Assembly: GCA_002839545.1 (NCBI GenBank)
Contig: PGYG01000002.1
Location: forward strand, 1-52,391
Origin: Candidatus Methanoperedenaceae archaeon HGW-Methanoperedenaceae-1
Lineage (GTDB): Archaea > Halobacteriota > Methanosarcinia > Methanosarcinales > Methanoperedenaceae
Reading direction: 5' to 3'
Length of the DNA: 52,391 bases
Shown here: positions 1 through 9,774 of the stretch, one piece after another
Layout of the letters: every line of letters starts with the position of its first letter
Position numbering within the stretch: position 1 is the stretch's first letter
Made by a program: the position numbers and the translations under genes
The notes under the pieces: model-generated
The model's input: the letters and a program-made list of their open reading frames with translations, nothing else
The model's database searches: none
Told to the model about the DNA's origin: nothing

Positions 1-270
1 ATCATTGTGAACGAAAACGAGCAGGGACTCAGGAAAGACATACTGGATATGCTTGAAATACTGATTCCCCAGAACAAATCCTATGTCCACGACAGGATAG
101 ACAGTAACGCACATTCACACCTTCGCGCCGTCCTACTGGGTATTAGCGAAACCATCCCAATCGAAAACGGACACCTCGTACTCGGAACGTGGCAGGGTAT
201 ATTCTTCGTAGAACTGGACGGACCGAGAAACAGAACCGTGAATGTAAAAATAATAGGGAGCAGGGACTAG
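1..270 (+). CDS. YjbQ/UPF0047-family protein (secondary thiamine-phosphate synthase-like), 5'-truncated by the window edge
   Basis: Frame 1 is open from nt 1. The C-terminal motif HLRAVLLG..ETIPIENGHLVLGTWQGIFFVELDGPRNR is typical of UPF0047. Only about 89 codons are visible. The TAG stop at 268-270 shares a CTAG tetranucleotide with the stop of the convergent mat gene. Confidence 0.7.
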   Translation: MIVNENEQGLRKDILDMLEILIPQNKSYVHDRIDSNAHSHLRAVLLGISETIPIENGHLVLGTWQGIFFVELDGPRNRTVNVKIIGSRD

Positions 271-1475
271 AAAGTCTCCAGCTCACCCCTTGTTGTCATT
301 TCAGTAATCTTTGTGATATTAGCAAGCCATTCCTCAATTATAGCCTCGGATTCTGCCCTGATGTTGTTCATGTCAGCACCATCCTTGGGTATAACCTGTG
401 CGCTTGCAATCAGCGGCTGGTCAATCGGGTATCCTATCTGGGACAGGATGCGGATGTACACATCATCTATTCCCGGAACCTGTTTCGCGATATCTTTTGC
501 TATCTGGGTTGAAAGAAGGTTGTACAGCTTGCCAACGTGGTTTATCGGGTTCTTCCCGCTTGTGGCTTCCATGCTCATCGGTCTGTTCGGGGTAATAAGA
601 CCGTTGCACCTGTTGCCCCGTCCTACTGAACCGTCATCACCCATTTCTGCTGACGTTCCTGTAACAGTCAGGTAAATTGAACCTGTTTCCTCGTGGTCTC
701 CGGTATTGATGAATACCTCAACCTCGCGGTCTGTGTAAGTGGTAGCAAGGTCATATATCTTACCTTTAACTTCTTCTTTTATCGACATGTAATGGGAGAC
801 GTCATCAACATGTTTCCCTATCATAGCACATGCAACAGTGAGGGTTATCTTATCGTGTTTCCTCATGCCCATGACTTTTATGTCAGTTCCTATTGCAGGA
901 ATTTTTTTCTTGAAATCCAGAACCATCTTCCTTTCAGTGTTGTAAACAATCTGCTCAACTTCTGAGAAGGGAGCGTGCCCGACACCGAAAGATGTATCAT
1001 TTGCCATGGGTGCCTTTCCACGCTTGAAAACACTCTGGAGGTCTGTTGACCCGTCACCAAGCTTGCAGTCTATAATAACATCATTTTCCGGATCAATATC
1101 TGGAAGTGTATTTTTCAGGTACTGTTTTGTAGCCCTGACTGCTGCCGTATCTGTAGCGATTCTTTTTCCCTGGAATTCCTTTGTGGCTCTTCCTACAAGA
1201 AGCACATAAATGGGTGAAATTAGCTCCCCGCCCCTGAATTCAGGATTGGAGCGCCCGGCTACGACCTCAACCTGGTCGGTATTGTGATGCAGTACTGTCC
1301 CGCATTTCTTTATATATTCATTGCATAATGCCCTGCTTACTGCTTCTGCAAAGCCGTCAGCCATACTGTCCGGGTGTCCGACACCCTTTCTTTCAACCAG
1401 TTCAATCTCCTGTTTTTCGATAGGAGTCTGGGTAATTTTTTCTACACGGATGTTTCGTGCCATAGATTTCCTCAA
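267..1475 (-). CDS. mat: S-adenosylmethionine synthetase, archaeal type
   Basis: 402 aa. The N-terminus NIRVEK...ELVERKGVGHPDSMADG and its length are typical of archaeal MAT. The + strand ORFs inside it are antisense shadows. Confidence 0.95.
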   Translation of the reverse strand: MRKSMARNIRVEKITQTPIEKQEIELVERKGVGHPDSMADGFAEAVSRALCNEYIKKCGTVLHHNTDQVEVVAGRSNPEFRGGELISPIYVLLVGRATKEFQGKRIATDTAAVRATKQYLKNTLPDIDPENDVIIDCKLGDGSTDLQSVFKRGKAPMANDTSFGVGHAPFSEVEQIVYNTERKMVLDFKKKIPAIGTDIKVMGMRKHDKITLTVACAMIGKHVDDVSHYMSIKEEVKGKIYDLATTYTDREVEVFINTGDHEETGSIYLTVTGTSAEMGDDGSVGRGNRCNGLITPNRPMSMEATSGKNPINHVGKLYNLLSTQIAKDIAKQVPGIDDVYIRILSQIGYPIDQPLIASAQVIPKDGADMNNIRAESEAIIEEWLANITKITEMTTRGELETF

Positions 1476-1592
1476 ATATTTTTTTTATTCTTTTGATGTT
1501 ATCGTGTATTTAATAACTTTCGGTTTGGATAAATTCCAACATTATCCTCATCTTTTAATAATATGCTGGTTTAATGTGTCTGAATCCAGGCA

Positions 1593-2516
1593 ATGACAGA
1601 AATCTCAGAATCAACTAAAGAACTCCTTGCGAAACATGGCTACCATATTGCAGGTACCCACGGCGCTGTAAAAACATGCCTCTGGTTAAACAGGAGCATG
1701 CGCAATGAAGGGGGGTGCTATAAATCACAGTTCTACGGCATGGCATCCCACCGCTGTATCCAGATGACGCCGACACTCGTATGCAACCACCGCTGTCTCC
1801 ACTGCTGGCGTGCGGTAGAAGCGCCTGTGCCGAAACCTGTAAAATGGGATTCACCTGAAGAAATTGTAGAAGGCTGCCTTTCCGGGCAGCGCCGCCTTAT
1901 ATCAGGATACGGCGGCTCGGAAACCTCTGACAGCACGAAATTAAAAGAGGCGCATGACCTGAAACACGTTGCAATATCATTATCCGGCGAGCCTACGACA
2001 TATCCCTATCTTCCCGAACTGATAGAGGAGTTCCACAAACGGGGCATGACAACTTTTGTGGTTACAAACGGCACAAACCCTGAAATGGTCGGACAAATCA
2101 CCCCGACACAGCTTTACATGAGCCTGAACGCGCCTGATGCGGATACATATAAAAAAGCCTGCGCGCCCTTATCTGATACATGGGAAAATATTAAACAATC
2201 ACTTGAAATCATGAAAGGCTCAAAAACAAGAACTGCTGTAAGGATTACACTGACAAAAGGCGTGAACATGGCTAATCCTGTGGGATATGCGCGTTTGATA
2301 GGAACAGCAGAGCCGGATTATGTCGAATTGAAAGCCTATATGCATCTTGGGTTTTCAAGAAAAAGGCTTTCCCGTGAAAATATGCCTGACCACAACGAAG
2401 TACTGGATTTTTCAAGACAGGTTGCACAGGAAATGGGCTACCAGATAGCAGATGAATCCAGGTTAAGCAGGGTGGTCTTGCTGTCCCGCGATGGTAAGAA
2501 GCAGGATATTACATAA
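1593..2516 (+). CDS. taw1: tRNA 4-demethylwyosine synthase (TYW1/Taw1, radical SAM)
   Basis: 307 aa. It has the radical-SAM cluster motif CNHRCLHCW, an upstream Cys pair (CLW...C) and the VAISLSGEPT motif, the usual archaeal Taw1 architecture. Confidence 0.88.
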   Translation: MTEISESTKELLAKHGYHIAGTHGAVKTCLWLNRSMRNEGGCYKSQFYGMASHRCIQMTPTLVCNHRCLHCWRAVEAPVPKPVKWDSPEEIVEGCLSGQRRLISGYGGSETSDSTKLKEAHDLKHVAISLSGEPTTYPYLPELIEEFHKRGMTTFVVTNGTNPEMVGQITPTQLYMSLNAPDADTYKKACAPLSDTWENIKQSLEIMKGSKTRTAVRITLTKGVNMANPVGYARLIGTAEPDYVELKAYMHLGFSRKRLSRENMPDHNEVLDFSRQVAQEMGYQIADESRLSRVVLLSRDGKKQDIT

Positions 2517-2585
2517 TTTAATTCTCTTCAAGCCCATTTATAACAAAATCCTTATGTGCTTTTATATACTTATATCAAATGAAAC

Positions 2586-3293
2586 ATGGCTGAAGGAGAG
2601 ACTGAGGAAATCCTGAAAGAAGAGGTACTGCTTGAACCCATCGAAATCCTTGTCAACCTTGCCAAAAACGGTGAGATAGACCCCTGGAATATCGATATAG
2701 TTGATGTCACAGACAAGTTCCTGAAGCAGGTTGAGGAACTGGAACGGATGGATTTGCGGGTTTCCGGGCGGACATTGCTTTATGCTGCCATCCTTTTGCG
2801 CATGAAATCCAATGCCCTCGTTGAAATCGATGAACCGAAGTATATTATAGAAGATTATGATTTTGACGAACTCGGGGATTTTGAGGTCAGCGATTATCCC
2901 GTTCCGTCTTTGCCTTTGCGCCGCCATTCCAGGCGCCCGGTTACACTGGAAGAATTATTATCCGAACTCAGGAAAGCCGAGAAAACAGAAAAACGCAGGG
3001 ATGAACGTATAAATACAAAAAAACAAGAAAGGCGTGTGACTGTCAGGGAAGTGCTGTCTATTGCCCATGAGGAAGATATAGAAAGCAGGGTAGGCAAAAT
3101 GAGGAATTTAATGGACGGATTATTCGAGAAACAAAAATACATCAAGTTTTCAGAACTTGGCGGGGCTCTTGACAGGTCGGGGCAGGTAATGGCTTATCTT
3201 GCGATACTGTTCCTTGCGACAAGGAAGGAGATATGGCTTGAGCAGGAAGAAATTTTCGGGGAGATTTTCATACGCAGGTGGGGGGCTTTATGA
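2586..3293 (+). CDS. scpA: Segregation and condensation protein A (kleisin)
   Basis: 235 aa. The N-terminal motif LVNLAKNGEIDPWNIDIVDVTDKFL and the C-terminal winged-helix-like end match ScpA. It overlaps the next gene by 16 nt. Confidence 0.85.
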   Translation: MAEGETEEILKEEVLLEPIEILVNLAKNGEIDPWNIDIVDVTDKFLKQVEELERMDLRVSGRTLLYAAILLRMKSNALVEIDEPKYIIEDYDFDELGDFEVSDYPVPSLPLRRHSRRPVTLEELLSELRKAEKTEKRRDERINTKKQERRVTVREVLSIAHEEDIESRVGKMRNLMDGLFEKQKYIKFSELGGALDRSGQVMAYLAILFLATRKEIWLEQEEIFGEIFIRRWGAL

Positions 3294-4372
3294 TTACGGA
3301 TAAAGGGATTATAGAGGCCGCATTGTTCGTATCAGGCGAACCGCTGGATACAGTACAGCTGCGCAGCCTTGTTAAAAAGAAGGACATACAGGATATAATC
3401 CATGGGCTTATGGATGAATACCGGCAGCGCAACTCCCCTCTTGAGATAAAGGAGGTTGAAGGACGGTACGTTATGCAGGTAAAACCGGAATATGCCGAGA
3501 GGGTAAGACCAATCGCGCCGAAAGAACTGCGCGCTCCTGTGCTTCGGACATTGTCCATGATTGCATACCACCAGCCAATTATCCAGTCTGAACTTGTTGA
3601 CCGGAGGGGTGCTGCAACCTATGAGCATGTCAGGGAGCTTGAGGAGCGGGGTCTTATATCGGCAAAACCGGAAGGAAGGTCACGGATTCTCCAGACAACG
3701 CCGCAGTTTGCCGAGTATTTCAACCTCAACTCATCTGACCCTGAGGAAATTAAGCGCATGATTATCAGTCTTGCCCGCGAGCAGAAAATGGGACTTGATA
3801 AATGGCTCGGCAAACAGGGAATCGGGGTAACCCCGATGTATGAGTCCCTGATGGAGTTGTGCGGTATTTCAGGGTACGAAGTCGTTAACCCGTATAATGC
3901 CGATGACACAGAACGCGAGCGCATCCAGGAACTGGGTGTTCTTATCATCTCGAAAGGTTATGAAGAACGTGCGGGTGGGTTTTTTGACGGCAGGATTATC
4001 GAGGTATCGGCTTCGACGTTTGAGGAACTTACAAATTCAATAAATATCCTTGCAGAATACGGAAGCCACAGGAAGGTCAGGGAAAGCATAGAGTATATTT
4101 CTGGATTGAAGGATGAATATATTGAGAAGACGTTTGATATTACTGTGAAAGTCTCGCCGCAGACAGAAATGATAGCGCATATGGTCAATGAACTGAAACT
4201 TGGTATATCATCGGATGGCGTGAAAGTTGCGCCTGATTACGAAACGTCTGGCTCTGGTGAGCTGGTTGGGAATGCAGATATTTTCATACCCACACACAGG
4301 AATGCGGATATGGATGCTGTTAAAAGGGTGTGCCAGAGATACGATGTCCTGATTGAGGGGTTGAAAAAGTAA
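3278..4372 (+). CDS. scpB: ScpB-like protein with a roughly 190-aa C-terminal extension
   Basis: The N-terminal 170 aa (IIEAALFVSGEPL...LSMIAYHQPI...RGLI) are ScpB double winged-helix. Residues about 175-364 have no family I can recognise. Confidence 0.78.
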   Translation: MGGFMITDKGIIEAALFVSGEPLDTVQLRSLVKKKDIQDIIHGLMDEYRQRNSPLEIKEVEGRYVMQVKPEYAERVRPIAPKELRAPVLRTLSMIAYHQPIIQSELVDRRGAATYEHVRELEERGLISAKPEGRSRILQTTPQFAEYFNLNSSDPEEIKRMIISLAREQKMGLDKWLGKQGIGVTPMYESLMELCGISGYEVVNPYNADDTERERIQELGVLIISKGYEERAGGFFDGRIIEVSASTFEELTNSINILAEYGSHRKVRESIEYISGLKDEYIEKTFDITVKVSPQTEMIAHMVNELKLGISSDGVKVAPDYETSGSGELVGNADIFIPTHRNADMDAVKRVCQRYDVLIEGLKK

Positions 4373-4404
4373 AATACCCTCATTGATACACTCATAATGA
4401 TGAA

Positions 4405-4429
4405 CCCCTTCATTTCCACTGGAAACCCC
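4405..4429 (-). promoter_or_regulatory. Isolated ORB-like (Orc1/Cdc6 origin-recognition-box) element
   Basis: The + strand reads ccccttcatttccactggaaacccc, whose reverse complement is ggggtttccagtggaaatgaagggg. This is a ttccagtggaaa core plus a G-string. It matches the three boxes in the cdc6-proximal origin at 11.1-11.6 kb (consensus cccctTcatttcNNNtggaa). Confidence 0.5.
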
Positions 4430-4482
4430 GTGGTAGATGCGCAATAGAAGTCTAAATATATGATATAATCGTATGGCAGGTT

Positions 4483-5628
4483 ATGTTATCCCGCAGAACA
4501 GGATTTTTTGTTGAATCTGTCATCCGTGATATGACGCGCCTTTCCCTGAAGCACAATGCAATAAACCTTGCACAGGGCTTCCCTGATTTCCCTGCACCAG
4601 AGGAAATAAAACGGGCAGGCGCTGCTGCGATAATGGATGACCATAACCAGTATTCGATTACGTGGGGTGCCAAGGAGCTGCGGGATGAAATATCAAGAAA
4701 AGCCCGCGAGTACAATAAAATCGAATCAGACCCTGAGAGTGAAATAACAATAACCTGCGGTTCGACTGAAGCCATGATGGCTTCCGTGCTTGCAGTTATA
4801 AACGAGGGTGACGAGGTTGTGGTTTTTGAGCCGTTCTATGAAAATTACGGTCCTGATGCCGCAGTTTCAGGTGCTGTGCCGCGGTTTGTCCCGCTTGATG
4901 ATGAGCTTAACATTGATGAGGGGGCGCTTGTTTCTGCATTTAATAAGAAAACAAAGATGTTAATCCTGAACACCCCGAATAACCCGAGCGGGAAGGTTTT
5001 TACAAAAGATGAAATGAAATTAATTGCTGACCTGTGCGTGGATCATGATGTTATTGCAGTGACTGACGAGATTTACGAGTATATACTGTACGATGGTAAA
5101 AAGCATATCAGCATTGGTTCACTCGACGAAATGAGGGACAGGACAATAACCATAAGCGGTTTCTCGAAAACATACAGTGTCACAGGATGGCGTATCGGTT
5201 ATGCCATAGCAGAAAAGAACCTGACATCAGGTATCAGGAAGGTGCATGATTTCCTGACAGTCGGCGCGCCTGCACCGCTCCAGCACGCCTGCGTGAGTGC
5301 GCTGCGGATGCCGGATTCGTATTACAGCGACCTTGCCAGGATGTATGACGGGAAAAGGAGGCTGCTGCATAAGGCACTGAATGATGCAGGGCTAAAGTGC
5401 AGGATGCCGGACGGTGCTTATTATATTCTGGCAGATATACCTGAGGATGCGGGAATGGATGATATGGAGTTCGCAAAATACCTTGTAAGTGAAGTTGGTG
5501 TTGCGTCTGTTCCTGGCAGTAGTTTTTATAAGAGTGAGGTTGGCAGGCATAAGCTTCGGTTCACGTTCTCAAAGAAGGAGGAAACGTTACTTGAGGCGGC
5601 AAGGCGGCTTGGGAATCTTGGTTTTTAA
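4483..5628 (+). CDS. PLP-dependent aminotransferase, class I (YbdL/kynurenine-aminotransferase-like)
   Basis: 381 aa with NLAQGFPDFP, LNTPNNPSGKVF and the PLP-lysine motif SGFSKTYSVTGWRIGY. Confidence 0.85.
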   Translation: MLSRRTGFFVESVIRDMTRLSLKHNAINLAQGFPDFPAPEEIKRAGAAAIMDDHNQYSITWGAKELRDEISRKAREYNKIESDPESEITITCGSTEAMMASVLAVINEGDEVVVFEPFYENYGPDAAVSGAVPRFVPLDDELNIDEGALVSAFNKKTKMLILNTPNNPSGKVFTKDEMKLIADLCVDHDVIAVTDEIYEYILYDGKKHISIGSLDEMRDRTITISGFSKTYSVTGWRIGYAIAEKNLTSGIRKVHDFLTVGAPAPLQHACVSALRMPDSYYSDLARMYDGKRRLLHKALNDAGLKCRMPDGAYYILADIPEDAGMDDMEFAKYLVSEVGVASVPGSSFYKSEVGRHKLRFTFSKKEETLLEAARRLGNLGF

Positions 5629-5679
5629 AAATGTAAAACCAGTGCTGACCGATGATTATTTATTATAGAAAACTTCTTC

Positions 5680-6048
5680 ATGATAATGATGTACGAAAAC
5701 ACGACCATTTTTATTTCAGGTATAACGGCAATTTTCGGCTTATTCGGTGTGTTCCTTTTTTTCAAGCTGATTTTAATCTGGAAAAATCTTGATAAGAACC
5801 TGTTAAAAGCGCGTGTTTTCCTCGCAGAGGGATTTTTGATAAAAAATATTATGATAATTTTCATTGTGGGGCTTTTGATAGCACTGCATAATTTCATCGA
5901 GTTCCTGGGAATGGCATATCCTGAATTCTATTACGGGCAGGTTTCATCCCGTTTCCCTTCGCGTCTTTTTGCAGTTACTGGGTTACTTGCAGCTGTATTG
6001 CTGGTGGACTGGCTCATGTACCGGTGGATTAAGATTACTGGAAAATGA
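5680..6048 (+). CDS. Hypothetical small membrane protein (about 3 TM helices)
   Basis: 122 aa with three hydrophobic segments. I recognise no family. The opposite-strand ORF 5625-5897 looks like a shadow. Confidence 0.45.
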   Translation: MIMMYENTTIFISGITAIFGLFGVFLFFKLILIWKNLDKNLLKARVFLAEGFLIKNIMIIFIVGLLIALHNFIEFLGMAYPEFYYGQVSSRFPSRLFAVTGLLAAVLLVDWLMYRWIKITGK

Positions 6049-6129
6049 ATGAAACTTATGGGCGGCTTGGAATAGTATTTCAGTGCTTTTTGCTTATTTA
6101 TTTAAACATTAAAGTTCACTTACACACGA

Positions 6130-6735
6130 ATGAAAATCGTCATCATAGATTACGGACTTGGCAACCTGCGAAGTATTGAGAAGGCGCTTGAGTATATTGG
6201 TGCAGATGCCGTTATTTCAAAGGAAATCCCGGTTATTGACAGTGCTGATGCCCTTATACTGCCAGGCGTTGGCGCATTCCGTGACGCTATGATGCATTTT
6301 GAAACACTTGAGCGTGTGGTAAAAGATGCCGTTTCTGAAGGGAAGCCGTTGCTTGGGATATGTCTTGGTATGCAGATGCTGGCATCTGAAAGCGAGGAGG
6401 GAGGAATCCATAGTGGTCTTGACCTTGTGCCGGGAAGGGTTGTCAGGTTCCCGCAATCAGAGCTTAAGGTTCCCCACATGGGATGGAACTCGCTTATTAT
6501 CAAAAAGGAGATGCCGCTTCTTAAAGGCATAAAGGACGGCTCGTTCGTGTATTTTGTACATTCCTACCATGTAAGTACTGAGGAAAAATACCAGGCTGCT
6601 GTGTGTGATTATGGCGGGGAGTTTTCAGCAGTGATTACAAACGAGGCAGGAAATGTCATTGGCACCCAGTTCCATCCTGAAAAGAGCGGGGATGTCGGGT
6701 TGAAGATGCTCAGGAATTTCGTGGGGATGTGTTAA
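6130..6735 (+). CDS. hisH: Imidazole glycerol phosphate synthase, glutamine amidotransferase subunit
   Basis: 201 aa with IIDYGLGNLRS, the GICLGMQ nucleophile elbow, and FHPEKSG at the C-terminus. Confidence 0.92.
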   Translation: MKIVIIDYGLGNLRSIEKALEYIGADAVISKEIPVIDSADALILPGVGAFRDAMMHFETLERVVKDAVSEGKPLLGICLGMQMLASESEEGGIHSGLDLVPGRVVRFPQSELKVPHMGWNSLIIKKEMPLLKGIKDGSFVYFVHSYHVSTEEKYQAAVCDYGGEFSAVITNEAGNVIGTQFHPEKSGDVGLKMLRNFVGMC

Positions 6736-6768
6736 CCCGGATTTTATTTGCCTTACCGCCAAATGTCG

Positions 6769-7515
6769 TCATTTTCCCATCTCCTTCTCCAGCATAACAG
6801 GATACGTCATCTCAATAATCGTTTCAAGGTTTACGATATCCTCTGTGTTATACTTAACAAGGAGTTCCAGCGCCTTCTTGTCTCCGCGCTCGTACTTCTT
6901 CCACAACCTCACAGCATCAAAGCCCGATATACCAACCGTATCCCCGCTTCTCTTTAATCCCAGCATACACTCGATATTCTTAAGACCGCCGCTATACCCG
7001 ATTTTCCTCAGGGGATACATTAAGTCCGTATGCAGGTGGTTAAAAAAACCGGGGTATTCACTCTCTATAAACGGTAAATCAAACCGCGCCCCGTTAAAAG
7101 TTACGAGCTGCTTGTACTTTGAAAGCTCATCCACAGCATCATCGAGATTAATGCCCTTGATGAACATTTTTGCCTCCTTCCCGTTATAGATGCCGATAAT
7201 TGTTATTTCATGGTAGTTCGGTGAAAGCCCTGTTGTTTCAATATCCACAAAAGCAGTATCTCCCTTAAAATGACGGTAAGCCCTCCAGTGATGCCGCGCA
7301 GGGATGCTGTTTGAGAAAAAAACATGGTTTCCTGTTGATAGCTGCTCAACAGATTCCTCGATGCCGGCGACCAGAACCCGTTTCTTTGCTTTCGGGATTC
7401 TTACCTGGTGATGGTTTTCCAGGAAATCCTCCCAGTTCCTGATACCTGATTCCCATATCTTGCGCTCAACCGTGTCACCGATACCAGGTACGTGTATGTA
7501 AGTATTTTCCAGCAT
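6769..7515 (-). CDS. RNase H-like / DEDD 3'-5' exonuclease domain protein (YprB/COG3359-like)
   Basis: 248 aa with FVDIETTGL (ExoI-like), FNGARFDLPF and a YNTEDI motif. It lies directly downstream of the PolD small-subunit gene on the same strand, with a 2-nt gap. Confidence 0.7.
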   Translation of the reverse strand: MLENTYIHVPGIGDTVERKIWESGIRNWEDFLENHHQVRIPKAKKRVLVAGIEESVEQLSTGNHVFFSNSIPARHHWRAYRHFKGDTAFVDIETTGLSPNYHEITIIGIYNGKEAKMFIKGINLDDAVDELSKYKQLVTFNGARFDLPFIESEYPGFFNHLHTDLMYPLRKIGYSGGLKNIECMLGLKRSGDTVGISGFDAVRLWKKYERGDKKALELLVKYNTEDIVNLETIIEMTYPVMLEKEMGK

Positions 7516-7517
7516 AT

Positions 7518-9086
7518 TTAATTAAACGCCAAAATCTCGTATTTCATATTCGACAGGTCAACCACAGTCGCCCTTGCAGGTGTGGGGTCAAGGTTCATCC
7601 TTTTCTGGAACTCGGTCTGGCTCTGCCATGTCCCGCTGTTCACTGCGAGAACGCCTTTGTAAGACTTAACACCAACGGTATGCACATGCCCGCAATGTAA
7701 TATGTCAGGAACTTCCGAGATTACGAAATGGTCTTTTTTCTCTGGCGCAATAGAAACCCTGCCGCCGTATATGGGCGAGAGGTGCCTGACCCTTAGCATC
7801 TCAATCATGGGTTTTTCAGGTTCGTTATATGAATATCCGGGGATGCTGGCAATGATATCATCCATTGACCTGCCGTGGTACATTAATACCTTGGCACCGC
7901 CGAGCTCAACCATCGCAGGATTCCCGACAAATGTTATATCGCTCCTGAACATCCTCGTTATCCTTTCCGGGAACCTGGGCTGGGGCTCAGCCTGCCTCAC
8001 AGCATCGTGGTTTCCTGGTGAAATTATAATCCTGATATGCCCTGGTACTGCGTTCAGGTATTCTGCCGCTTTCTCGTACTGCTCGTAAATGTCAGTGATT
8101 GCAAGTTCCTTATCCTGGTTCGGGAATATCCCGATACCGTCAACCACATCACCTGCAATCAACAGATAATTAATATCATCCACGTCCCCGAGCCAGTCCA
8201 CGAACCGCAGCCATGCGTCCTCAAGGAACGTGTTGCTTCCCACATGGATATCCGAGATAAACACTGCTTTTCCTTTTGGTTTTTTTCCGTCAAGAGATGG
8301 GTTTGAATTCGGAAGGTCAGGCCAGGTAATCTTGTTTGCAAACATGATATTCCCGTCAGAGGATAATGTGCCTGTGACTGCTATCACCTCATCAAGCAGC
8401 ACAGAGTTTGAAGCCTCGAACAGTTCCCTGTCCCTTTCCTTGTGGACAAGAACGCGCAATGACCCGGTTGTATCCTCAATCTCAAGGAGCTTATGCCCGT
8501 TGGCTGTCGTTTTCTTATCCTGAACCATACCAATTACGGATAACGGCTCCCTCGAATCAAGATTCCTTCTTTTCAGGCTCTCGATTGGGCGGGAGCTTAT
8601 CCTTTTCCTTAGCATATCCCCAAGCAGTGCATACCTGTCCTTGAAGTACTGGACAAAATCAGTGTATTCACCGATGCAGGTGGACTGGTCTGTAATATCT
8701 GAAATGATGGTGACCGGGGGTGAAGTGGTAATCCTGTCTGAATGGGGTCTTGATTTTGTTATTGCTTCTATTACCGGGAGTGCCTGTACTTCGGGTTCCT
8801 GGGGGTTCACGACTGCACTTACCTCAATGTTGTCTGGAATAATATCAGGCACAATGACAGGTTCAACATGTTCTGCAGGTTTCACCGGATGCCGGAAAGC
8901 GTAGTCCAGCGAACCTATATGTTCTGCGATATGTTCAGCCCCCACTACAAATACCGAACTATCAATTGAGTCCAGTATGTTCTTTATCAGCTCATGTGAG
9001 CCTTCATTTTTCAAAATATCCAGTGCCCCGGGGTCTATCTGGTAACCAGATTCTGTAAATATCCTGACAATCTCTCCAGTCTCCAT
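7518..9086 (-). CDS. polB: DNA polymerase II (PolD) small subunit DP1
   Basis: 522 aa. The C-terminal calcineurin-like phosphoesterase motifs are FISDIHVGS, IAGDVVDG, GNHD and HCGHVH. An OB-fold region (VIGMV...LEIEDTTG) precedes them. Confidence 0.92.
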   Translation of the reverse strand: METGEIVRIFTESGYQIDPGALDILKNEGSHELIKNILDSIDSSVFVVGAEHIAEHIGSLDYAFRHPVKPAEHVEPVIVPDIIPDNIEVSAVVNPQEPEVQALPVIEAITKSRPHSDRITTSPPVTIISDITDQSTCIGEYTDFVQYFKDRYALLGDMLRKRISSRPIESLKRRNLDSREPLSVIGMVQDKKTTANGHKLLEIEDTTGSLRVLVHKERDRELFEASNSVLLDEVIAVTGTLSSDGNIMFANKITWPDLPNSNPSLDGKKPKGKAVFISDIHVGSNTFLEDAWLRFVDWLGDVDDINYLLIAGDVVDGIGIFPNQDKELAITDIYEQYEKAAEYLNAVPGHIRIIISPGNHDAVRQAEPQPRFPERITRMFRSDITFVGNPAMVELGGAKVLMYHGRSMDDIIASIPGYSYNEPEKPMIEMLRVRHLSPIYGGRVSIAPEKKDHFVISEVPDILHCGHVHTVGVKSYKGVLAVNSGTWQSQTEFQKRMNLDPTPARATVVDLSNMKYEILAFN

Positions 9087-9177
9087 TTCTGAGCACTATA
9101 CAGGCGAATCGTGATAAGATTTTCCTATAACCACAGATAAATCTTAATACATCTTCTTATATTAGTTCCTCCTGTAC

Positions 9178-9744
9178 ATGAGTCTTAAAGAAAAAATCAT
9201 TGAATTCAATGAAAGCGACAATTTCTGGGTAGGGCTTCTGCGGGATATTATTTTCGTGGTATCCGTTGTTGCGATTTTCGCTTCAGTTTCCCATATTGCC
9301 CTCGGACTCTGGACACCGATGGTTGCAGTTGAAAGCGGTAGTATGCTCCCGCATATCCACATCGGGGATATAATATTTATTGAAAGTTTTGACCGCACTG
9401 AGATTATCACGCACGAAACAGGCAGTCGGAGCGGATATACATCATTCGACGATTACGGGGACGTGATACTGTACAACAAGTTAGGGAATAAAGGCGGGAC
9501 CCCAATAATACACAGGGCAATGTACTATGTTGAAAAAGGGGAACCCATGTGGATTGGCGGTCCAACCGCGCCTCATGCTGGTTATATTACCAAAGGGGAT
9601 AACAACCTTGGGTTTGACCAGCAGGGTGATATAAGCTACCTGCAACCCATAAAAAAAGAATGGGTCATCGGGGTAGCGCGCTTTAGCCGCCTGCCGGTTG
9701 TTGGTTATGTTTCCCTGATACCGAGGAAGATTTTGAACGTATGA
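9178..9744 (+). CDS. Signal peptidase I, archaeal/ER (Sec11, S26B) type
   Basis: 188 aa with an N-terminal TM anchor, catalytic-Ser box VESGSMLPHIHIGD, IIHRAMYY, and a GDNN box. Confidence 0.8.
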   Translation: MSLKEKIIEFNESDNFWVGLLRDIIFVVSVVAIFASVSHIALGLWTPMVAVESGSMLPHIHIGDIIFIESFDRTEIITHETGSRSGYTSFDDYGDVILYNKLGNKGGTPIIHRAMYYVEKGEPMWIGGPTAPHAGYITKGDNNLGFDQQGDISYLQPIKKEWVIGVARFSRLPVVGYVSLIPRKILNV

Positions 9745-9774
9745 TATTGATTGTATAATATTAAACGTATCATA

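Noticed and set aside
313-1596. Multiple + strand ORFs (313-675, 398-595, 693-965, 1006-1209, 1321-1596).
   Set aside because: All lie antisense within the archaeal SAM synthetase gene and have no recognisable features.
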